Source: Malacoraja senta
Taxonomy: Eukaryota
Assembly: GCA_038087875.1 (NCBI GenBank)
Contig: CM075988.1
Span: forward strand, 26,848,001-26,912,000
Direction of reading: 5' to 3'
DNA length: 64,000 nucleotides
Under the pieces are notes generated by a model. The model did not search any database. It saw only the letters and a list, made by a program, of their open reading frames with translations, and was not told the DNA's origin. Shown in pieces: positions 37,268 to 47,703 of this stretch. Position numbers and translations under genes: made by a program. How positions within the stretch are numbered: the stretch's first letter is position 1; every line of letters begins with the position of its first letter.

Positions 37268-40200
37268 AAATTCAGTAATAGCACCAACTGAAAGAACTTC
37301 AGACAAGCACACTCAAAACTTTGGCACAGAGCAAGCAATTGGATATGTCAACCTTGAAAGCTCTGCATTGTTGAACATGGCAGGAAGAACCACTGTTCAT
37401 CTAAACAGTCTGACAACAGAGTAAATGGAACATTTTGCTACATTGCATACATTCACCACATAAACTCCAACAGAAAAAATGCACAAGGTGTTGCCAATGA
37501 CAAAACCATCTATATCCTGGTATCCAGTGCTGACTTAAGTAACAGTACACATTCACCTAACTGTGCCACCATGGAAGAGAACTTGCCAGACCAATAACTG
37601 TATTACCAGCTGTGCCACTAACAAAGAAATGGTTCAACCACTTTGTTAAAAATGCGAAATTGCCTCCAATTTTCTCACTTCTATCTGCCTGGTTTAGAAG
37701 TCTGACTAAAGTGAACCAATTTCAAGCAGAAGTGATTACATCCTCGCACAAAACCATGACTTGAGTCTTGGCCTCTTCCATTTATTATGGGCCATTCTGT
37801 ACCAACAGTCATTGTATTTTTCAAGGGAAAACTCTTGATCTAAGAATGTGCAACTGACATTAACTTGGTTTCCTCTTGACTCGGGTACATTGATACTCAG
37901 AAAACCAAGTGTAGCATCTCCTGAAGCAGCAAAAGTAATCAAGCTGCAGTTAGTGTATTGTAACAACTTACTACTATTAACAGAACATATTACCAAAGAT
38001 TTAATATGATCAGTAACGTTTCCCATTAATTCAAGATCTCTATGAAATCAGATATTGTAGTATTGTCAAAACTAGGATAGTTTCTAACTATACTTTTGAA
38101 AGAATTGGAGACATAAATCACAGAACAAATATCAAACACACCAACAACAAAAACACCTTTGGCAGGGCTCAACATTCCCTGATTTCAGAACCGTCTTCAT
38201 AGGACCAATAAACAAGACCATAAATTGTCGGTGGTTGATATTTGTACAACACAAAGAAAATATTTAAGTGAACTCCAGTTTGTTCAACACTTGCAGCATT
38301 GGATGACAATTAATCAGATGTTGCTGTTGTGCCAATCTCATTACATTGTTGCTCAATAAGCCTTTAATACATCAATTGTCCTTTGACAGTCCAAGGTGAA
38401 GATGTTTCACTCAAAGACAAAGTTACCATATTCATAAAATCAGCCAGATCTCAATGAGCAACTGTCTCACACTGCATTTATCAATTAATGAAACTGAAAA
38501 TATTCAGATGCCCTAATCCCAAGATAGAGATACCTTCCTTCCTCGAATCTCACACTGTCGATCTACATTTCATAGGTGGAAGGCATGTAAAGAAAACTAT
38601 CGCTCTTTCGATTGCTCAAGATGTTAAAGATATTAAAGAGACCCTTTTTTCTCAAAGAACAGACAAACTTACACCACAGTAATCTATTGAATAATTCAAC
38701 ATGTGGCAGCAACTTCTTTGCAAACATCTTCAAAATTTGACAGTGCATGATTCCAAAGTTAAGCCTATTTGTAAAAGAGGTCCAATGAGGTATTTTACAA
38801 CAGTATAGATATTATTAACATCATTGTTAAATATAAGAATTGTCTGCATCTAATAATTCTTTCCCCTTAGTTGCCACGTTGCTTAATTCTTAATTAGAGA
38901 ACAGCTCACTTACTGTCACAACCATTGGTCCTATGTTATTTTAACAATGGCAGAACGAGTTGAGAACTTGGAAGAGATTTTTCAAGGCAATTGTCTTCCA
39001 TTTTCAGACCTGCTTCTTCTCTAAATGCATTTCTGTTGATAAATCATTTTTGCACCATTCTGCTATTTAAATTCATTGTTGTATCTATCACTACAGTCTG
39101 TTCACTCTGAGCTTCATGTGGTCAAGGAATTCCATTGCACTCTGGTGCATATGATGATAAGCTAAGCTGAATCACTGGACAGATCTTTGTGCTTTGTAGC
39201 ATTTGTTTATTTCTCTTTATCAAGCAGTAGCTCGTGTGACACGAGGCCCACTTTCAGCGCCAGGATTATTTCCAACAGATAGAAGGTCCCTGTATGAAAG
39301 TTCCAATTTGGAAAACACTATCTAAAACGCTTTGTTGAAAGGTGATGTGATCCAGTTTTATGCAACTTCTTATTTCTCACTAAATAACCTCCAAAGTGGA
39401 TCTGGAACTAAAACACCGCACAGACGATTGCAGCATTTAAGGTGAATGAGACTGAAGAGGCAAGTATTACAAGCAGAGGCACATCTGATAGTATTTTATC
39501 ATGAATTTGAGCAGTGAGAAAAGCAGAAAAAGTCACAATGACCTTCAGGGACCTGTTTTTCAAGGGAGGTTGTGTAAATAATAATGTTACAGCAAAAGAG
39601 ATTTGAAGATAAAAACCCAATCTGTAGCTATGATATAAGACAGTCAATCTCTTGGCTGCCTGAGCAGAGAATAGCTTTTCTTAAAATTCATAGAAAAGCA
39701 TGAGTATATTTTCTGCTTGAAACTGTATTTGATGGAGCTTCTCAAATTGATCGAATAATTTTCAAGCATTGTGAAATGCTGGACTATTCAGGGTCAAAAA
39801 AACATACTGGAATCACTGCTGTAAATGCACAGTGGGCTCAAAGAGACGTGCAGACAGATGAACTCACAAAGTGTTTGGGTTTTCGTACATACAGATACGG
39901 ATGTCCAAGACAAAACAGTGAAGCAATGAAGCCACTTGGAGCTTCCTCGATTCAAACGGCTACACCCACTAATCTGCAAATGACCTTCCAGGAATAATGA
40001 ATTGGTTAGATTTGCAATTTCTCATTATCAACTCTAAATGTGAACCATTTTGCTTTATTTGCAACTTTGAGACCTCCCAAGTGCCTATGTTTTTGGACCC
40101 ATTCAACGCCATTAATCAATCAGTTAGAGAGATGTATGGGAGCTGACTAGTCTATGGCTTCATGGCAATTGTTTCTTCAGAAGCTAATTCAGTGATTCCA

Positions 40201-40329
40201 AGAGGCTAGAAGTATTCATGTTAACTTTCAGTGCAGCTTTTGATGTTTGATTTATTTTGTTAACAGAAACAATGTTAGGGGAAGGTGGAGGATAACAAAA
40301 TACTCTTGATTTTGACATCCACCATAATG

Positions 40330-40820
40330 CAATGTTTTGAGAGGCTAGTTATGGAACGCAGTAAATCCAGTCTACCCAGCAGCCTTGTTCCATAGCAGAG
40401 ATGGTCTGAAGAAGGGTTTCGGCCCGAAACGTTGCCTATTTCCTTCGCTCCATAGATGCTGCTGCACCCGCTGAGTTTCTCCAGCATTTTTGTGTACCTT
40501 GTTCCATAGCAGTTTGCCTACCGCCACAACAGGTCCATGGATGAAGCCATTGCTCTTGCCCTACACTCATCCCTGGAACACCTGGATAAGAGAGACACCT
40601 ACAGTGCATCAGACTCCTATTCATAGACTACAGCTCTGCCTTTAATACCATTATACCATCCAAGCTGATCTCCAAACTCGCGGGACTTGGTGTCAGTACT
40701 CATCCGGATCCTCAAACTCCTGACCAACAGACCCTGAACAGTGAGGGTAAGCAAAGGCAGCCCCTTTCTTTACTCCTTGTACACCCACGACTGTGTAGTC
40801 ATGTACAAATCTAATTCAAT
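40330..40820 (+). mobile_element. Degenerate Rex1 RT fragment, interrupted by a hammerhead-motif unit (40399-40496, 16-bp TSD)
   Basis: QFAYRHNRS..AIALALH and [18 protein letters not shown] motifs; CCTTGTTCCATAGCAG at 40383-40398 and 40497-40512. Confidence 0.8.
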
Positions 40821-40827
40821 TTGCACA

Positions 40828-41005
40828 CAACCAATTAACCTACAAGCCTGCACTTGGGAATGTGGGAGGAAATTTGGAACATGCGGAGAAAGCCCACATG
40901 GTCACAGGGAGAACGTACAAACTCCGCACAGACAGCACCCATAGTCAGGATCAAACCCGTGACTCTGGCAATGTGAGGCAGCAACTTTACTGCTGTGCCA
41001 CCTTG
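40828..41005 (-). mobile_element. V-SINE (HE1-like), head and V-domain portion
   Basis: Same family as 5362-5670. Confidence 0.72.
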
Positions 41006-42044
41006 TCGCCCCCAATCCCTTAGGCCTTTGAATTCAACCATATCAAATACCATTTTTATTACCCTATCTATCTTTGTCATCACTTTCAATGAGCTATGGA
41101 CCTGAACATCAAGGTCCTACTGTACATCAAGGCACCTAACCATTTACTCTATATCTTCCACCAGAATTTGCCCCTCCAAAGAGCATAACAGCCTGAAAAT
41201 AATAGAGACACAAAGGGATTTAGTCATCCCCTATTGTTACGTAAGGGGAGGAGATGGAAACATCAGTGATCTCCACCTGTGTGGGTAGGTAATCACCCTT
41301 CCCTGACACTTAGACCAACAAAGCAGGCCTTCCCTCTGAGTAAGGCACATTCCTTCAACAGTTCAATAACTCCATCATTTATTCGATCACCCCCACACTA
41401 TGCTCTTGAGAAGGATTATTGCACTGAATGCTGAAATGAAGCTCCCCAAGTAATGGTAATAATCGAACAGAAATCCAAAAATGTTTCTGAGGGAAAACAA
41501 ATATTCTGTGAAATGTAGTGTGCTGGTGAGCAGTAACTTGAATGACTGGATTACCACACAGGGATGTGGCTCAGCAGTAAAGAGTGAATGACAGCAGCTC
41601 TCTCGACCTGCTGCCAGCTGCTGTTATGTGAATCCTGCACAGCCAGATTGATTCTGCTTTGAACTTGCCTGAAAAGAGAGAGAATTTTCAAAGAACTGGT
41701 TACTCATGTGTTTGACACGGTGAATCGAGGGTGGGGCCAAATGAAATTTAAATTTATTCATAAGTTGGAGCAGAGTTTGCAGCAAACTTCAGCGTGCAGA
41801 GAAACTATCTGCCTGTGACAAACAGGGAGGAGGTTAGTTATGGCTTTTTAATTGTGTAGAAACAATCCCAGTCAATTATTATCATCGTCATCCGTCAAGA
41901 TTGATGTTGAAATAACCCAATTATTTCCATTCTGCCTGGATATATATGTGTCAGTACAGTATAGAACTTTAACCAGTAGTAGTACAGAGAAGCCAAGGTA
42001 CATGCCAGTGTACAGACTGGAGGAACTCGTCTTTTCAAAAGTTC

Positions 42045-42420
42045 AGAAGTTGTAGGCGCAGAATTAGGGCATTCGGCCCATCGTGTCTACTCCGCCATTT
42101 AATCACGGCTGATCTATCTTTCCCTCTCAACCCAATTCTCCTGCCTTCCTGTAACCCCTGACACCCGTACTAATCAAGAATCTACCAATCTCCACCTTAA
42201 AACTATCCATAGACTTTGCCTCTACAGCCCTCCATGGCAATGAATTCCACAGATTCACCACCCTCTGAGTAAAATAAATTCCTCCTCATCTCCTTTCCAA
42301 AGGTACGTCCTTTAATTCTGAGGCTACGGCCTCTGGTCCTCGACTCTCCCACTGGTGGAAACATCCTCTCCACATCCACTCTATCCAGGCCTTTCACTAT
42401 TCAGTAAGTTTCAGTGAGTT
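42045..42420 (-). mobile_element. CR1 3' fragment
   Basis: Peptide [27 protein letters not shown] plus CR1 tail. Confidence 0.85.
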
Positions 42421-43674
42421 TACAAAGGAGATGTTAAGATAGTCAAAGAGAGAGAAGGGTAAATCTGCAACACAGATTAAACCATAGAAACTGAAGTCCC
42501 ACTCAGCTCAATGCTCTTACACAGGCACTTTGATGAAACTAGATTCAAATTAACAAAATGAAAACTAGAACTCTTCTTCATAATTTCTTTTCACAAGGCA
42601 TGGAATGGAGTGGAATTTGGAACAGCCCAATCTCCAACCTTCCTTCGAAGATACACACAAAAAGCTAGAGTAACTCAACGGGTCAGACAACATCCCTGGA
42701 GAAAAGGAATAGGTAACGTTTTGGGTTGAAACTTCACCTATTCCTTCTCTCCAGAGATGCTGTCTGACCTGCTGAGTTACTCCAGCTTTTTGTGTTTATC
42801 TTTGATTTAAACCAGCATCTGCAGTTCCAACCTTCCTTCTCTCTATGTATTCCTAAAAAATATTTCAGCTTTCTAAATTTATGCCTATCGTTATTTTTGA
42901 ATCGTTCCACTGAATGAACTTCTTTATGAATCATTGTACCCGTAGTGATTGTGGCAAATGCCATCTATCCCTACCTTTACACAGCCATTGATGTGGATGG
43001 CAACATGGCCCTCTTCTAAAGCTCTCCATTGACATTCAGTTGGGAATAACCGTCTTTGCCTGCGTGTATTTTTTATCTATCTCTTCCTAGTCGCTTCTCC
43101 TTCCCTGACTACAGCATTACTCCCCTATCACTGGCTTTTTCCCCCTTCAACATTGTCATCTAAATGTAGACTATTATTTCCCATGCATATACTGATGACA
43201 ACCAGCTCAATTTAACCAAGTATTTTTCTCTCTCAATGTTGTCTGCTTGTATGCTTCACATTCAGAACTGGATAGTCAAAGGTTTCTCTGACTACAATCT
43301 CTCTCCCTGATATCTGAAAATAAACTAGATGATTTGAGTTCTATATTTGATACCTGAGGTGAATTTAAGATTGTATATCCATAACATTATCTGAACTCCC
43401 CTGGTTCCAAAATAAAGATGAATGCTGAGAATACTAAGCAGGCTGGGCAGCATCAGTGGAGAGCGGTCCAGAGATGATTTCGCAGATGAGCATCAATTGC
43501 GAAAATGGTGAAAGCATGTTAACTAAAACTGAGCTGTCAGGAAGAGGTATAAATGGAGGGAATACTGAGGAAAACCAAACAATATTTCTCTCCATTAATG
43601 CTACCTGGCCCATTGAGTATTTCCAGCATTTTCTGTGTTGGTTTTTAATCTTTCAACATCTGCAGTTACTTTGG

Positions 43675-43815
43675 TACCACCGCCCCTCACTCTGGCAATG
43701 GAGGAGGCCCAGGACAGAAAAACCAGCATGGGAGTTAAAATGGTTGACAACTAGGACTGAGCACAAGTGTTCAGCGAAAAAGTCGCCAAGTCTACACTTG
43801 GTCTCACTGATGTTC
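43675..43815 (-). mobile_element. Penelope-like GIY-YIG fragment
   Basis: Minus strand reads ISETKCRLGDFFAEHLCSV..NHFNSHAGFSVLGLLHCQSE. Confidence 0.7.
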
Positions 43816-43854
43816 TTGACTGATGTCCTATTAGCCCTGTTCTCATATACTGGA

Positions 43855-43957
43855 GAATATCTGAAGAAGGGTCTCGACCCGAAACGTCACCCGTTTGTTC
43901 CTTCTCTCCAGAAATGCTGCCTGTCCCGTTGAGTTTACTCCAACACTTTGTGTCTAA
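43855..43957 (+). mobile_element. Hammerhead-motif unit, 13-bp TSD
   Basis: Consensus core at 43861-43888; CTCATATACTGGA at 43842-43854 and 43958-43970. Confidence 0.8.
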
Positions 43958-46292
43958 CTCATATACTGGATGCTCACTCATCCCAAAAACTCTCAAATTC
44001 CTTCTATAAACTTCTTACCTCTCTGATAAAGCATTTGATTATCTGCCTTGAAATTGTTTGTGCATTGTTGTTCGATTTTGTGTGATAACATAACATGCCT
44101 GAGTAGCAGCTTGCAATGTTAAAAATGGAAATTTAGGGTGTGGTGGACAAGAGCAATGCAGTTGAAAAGCCTGCTACTTTGTAACACTGCAATATTGGGG
44201 ATTCATTCCAACTACTAGATGAATCAAGGTGTTCCCAACTATTCAGTTAGTAGCAACAGGCTGCCTGTGGTCTATCCAAATCCAGCAGATGGATCGAGAT
44301 GCCAGTCAATCTCCACGGTATGCTGAATCAGTTGATCTAGCTTTGGCAGTGACTGTTGGAAGGTTGACGTTAGCCTCAGTCCTTTCAATCCAGGGATATT
44401 TATTGACTGAGACAGGGCTCTGTTTTAACTTCATTGCACTATATTGATATGTGGATGCCAAGTGATCATGTGATCAGGCATTCTCTTCACATGTTGTCAG
44501 ACTGCTGGTACTTTCCAGGATCAACAGAAATAAACTTAGAGAACACACCCCAAAAAAAAAAAAACAGCCTCTTGAGCATTTAAAAACGAATCAGACGGGT
44601 GAAATTGGGACCCATTTCCGTGAAGAATAAAGAATGGTTGGCAAATTTTCAAACAATAATTTGTAAAATCTGTGAGTTTCTATGATTTATTGAATGTGCA
44701 CTTGTATGCTCACTTGCACTTCATTTCAACTGTAAAACAATATTTTTTCCGACACTATATTTAATATTTACTTTCCAGCTGCCCTTGTCCACCTGTTATA
44801 GAAGCAGATTTTAAACTAGATATTTTATCATTCACAGAGTTTCAGAATAAATTGTGCAATCCTCCTACAATGTTCCAAAAATGTCATTAATCTCACTGAA
44901 TGTATTCCAAAGACTACTGGAATACACTGCATTTTTCCTCCACAACCTTTGAAATGAATGATAAATGCATAATAGAAGTTCATTTGGTACTAAATAAAAT
45001 GTTCAAGCTCATAGATAGCGCTGGTTCTTATCTCCCCAACAGATGAGCTGGACTAATCAGCCTTACATGCTCCCTTTATTTGACTAACAAGCTCTGTTTG
45101 AATAGTTTGGATATTACTGATGGATGGAAAGGATTGTTTTAAAGATTGGAGAAAAACTAGGCACTGTCTGGCCAGTTTTGCTCATTTTGCCCACATCACC
45201 GTTAGAAAGAATAAACCAGGCATTTGTTTATTGTATCTTGCTATACTTGAAGGTGAGTGTTACGTTTACCGACAAATGGTGTCAGGATTTTAAATTGTAC
45301 GTAAAACTAAAATGCAGGACATTTTTCCATCCTTGTAAAACACAAGTGAAGTCAGTGGGTTTTTATGACAATTGGTAGTTTTGAAGCAATTTTGATTTCT
45401 GTTTCAGTTAATTAAAACTCTAGTTGATTAAAAGGCGAGGTGGTGTGTAAAAACAAGGGTCTTTTCCTAAATGGTGTACAGGTGAGCAGCATGATTTGAA
45501 TATATTCATTTTGTGAAGAAGGTCAAAGTGCTTCATTACCACAGGCCAACAGGTGAATCTTTCCACTTGCTTATACTAGTAATGTCCATATAATCTGGGT
45601 GGAATCAGAAGAACCAGTGCAAAGAATCAGGGAATTTAAAACAAAATTAAATCACTAATAAAACCGTGATTATCCACAGTCTTTTATTGGCTCACAGTTC
45701 AATTAATCAATTTGCATCCCAAACTTGTTTCCATGTTTCCATTTCAAAATGACCAGATCTCGCCCAGAGCTGATCTACAACAATAATCCTGCTGCTTGTC
45801 TCTCTGGAACAGAAATTAAATAACATTGAACCAAAAGAGTATGTGTTTATTTCATTTGCTGCATCTGCATCAAGTGCCCATATTGTACTTGATACCGTAC
45901 TTGATCCAAGTGCCCAGAATGTACCTGATTCTGTAGGTGAGTAATTTAAACTGGAAGGCTTTAGACTTGAACAATTTCAGGTCAGAAATGCCAGGGAGGA
46001 ATGTTGGGTTCATGTAGCAATATGACTGGACCATTGATGCTCACCAGGTCAACTGAGGAAGTTTAATTAACCAAAACTGAAATAGTAGTTGCTACAAAAC
46101 CACTGGATTGTCATCAAAATCCACTCACCGGTTGGGTTCATCAAGGAAGGAAATCTGTCACCCTTACCTGGTTTCATAGATGCCTCCAGCCCTACCAATA
46201 CCATAGACTCTTAACTTTCTCTTCAGTTCAGGGAAAATTAAGGAAGGTCAATAAATGCTGGTCACAAGTCATGATTTGTTAAGCACTGGGAA

Positions 46293-46510
46293 GTGTAGGA
46301 AGGAACTGCAGATGCTGATTTAAATCGAAGGTAGATACAAAATGCTGGAGTAACTCAGCGGCACAGGCAGCATCTCTGGAGAGAAGGAATGGGTGACGTT
46401 TCGGGTCGATCAGTCTGAAGAAGGGTCTCGACCCGAAACGTCACCCATTCCTTCTCTCCAGAGATGCTGCTTGTCCCGCTGAGTTACTGCAGCATTTTGT
46501 GTCTACCTTC
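46293..46510. repeat. Fold-back pair of Penelope-like terminal repeats (83-bp arms, 18-nt spacer)
   Basis: 46327-46409 is the reverse complement of 46428-46510 with about 4 mismatches; consensus hammerhead core at 46415-46442. Confidence 0.85.
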
Positions 46511-47500
46511 ATATAACAGTGCCCTGGAGTGGAGCAACCTGCTTCCTTTTAACCAGCCAAGGCAACCTGAGGCAAGGCGCAGTCCCCAAACCTAGTGGTG
46601 GCAGAGTTTGTTGATGCTTGACAAACTAATGCTTCCACCAGAAACACTCTGTAGATATCTGGAGTTCAGGTAGCTGAGAACTGTTCTGCATTCATTATGT
46701 TCTTGGAGTATTCAACATCATGTTCCATCTTACAATTACGTCCTTGTACGTCCTCACTGCCCTGAAGGGGTTACGTATCATTGAACCCTTGTGGTTGTAA
46801 AATTCAGATGCTTGACTTGCAGATTGTACAGTATGTTCAGCTCATGAAGTCAGATGAAGGCCCTATTACCATGCATTCCACGGTTTCACGTTACACCATG
46901 TAGCCTTGGGCCAGCAGAATTTCATCCTGCATCTTTATAATTATTATTTTCAAGAGATACTACCATAGGACATAATTTTATATCCCAAACCTTCCTGTTT
47001 TTTTTGTTACCTCCAGCATTGCTCTTGTATTGAGTCAGAAAGCTGTGGGTATGAGTCTCTGAATATTTCAGAAATAATGAAGATTGTACAGTAGTTAATT
47101 TAGTGTCAGCCTTTAACAGTGAGCTGTCTTCATTGTTACGATGGGTCATACTACTCTGCATTGCTGCTTGGTTTACAGGGTGATGTGTATTCAAAGCCAC
47201 TGTAACTGCATTAGTAGTGTGACATTATAACATTAGGATACCCAGCATGGTCTGAAGAAGGATCCTGACCTGAAACATGGCCTGTCCATTCCCTACACAG
47301 ATACCCGACTCGCTGAGTTCCTGCAGCACTTTATGTTTTGCTCCAGATTGCTTGCATTAGCATAGTAATAGTTGGTGACAGCACTCCTGTTTTGAAAGTG
47401 TGCAGTTTCGATTTGCACTCGACTCTCCGCCCCTGAGTTTGAGCAGGAAGTACAGTGCCAGTGGATTCTCCTTTCCCCAAAGCTGTCTTCTCCTTGTGCC

Positions 47501-47703
47501 ATGGCAGGTGAACCAAAGGGGTTTCTCCGTCAGCAGTCAGCCATCACCCCAGGTGTGTTTACCGAGGCTGACTTTGTGTCTTTCAACAAGATCGCTTCAG
47601 GAAAGTTTGCAAATGTCTTCAAAATAAAACACAAAGTGTGGAGGGTGAACTTGGCCCTAAAGTGCTGCCATTTGTTACGTGAAGAATCCTCATCATTTGA
47701 AAG
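47501..47703 (+). CDS. ANKK1: ANKK1 exon 1 (MAGEPKG...IASGKFANVFKIKHKVWRVNLALKCC...)
   Basis: gccATGG Kozak context; G-loop and ALK (VAIK-equivalent) lysine; AAG|GTGGGT donor. Confidence 0.92.

Noticed and set aside
35300..40300. Hidden gene or enhancer in the repeat-poor intergenic stretch
   Set aside because: No coherent exon chain or recognisable peptide; conserved non-coding elements cannot be judged without alignments
25766..46510. CRISPR-like or other prokaryotic repeat system
   Set aside because: The repeats are dispersed, in both orientations and TSD-flanked, with no regular spacers or cas genes; the context is eukaryotic introns
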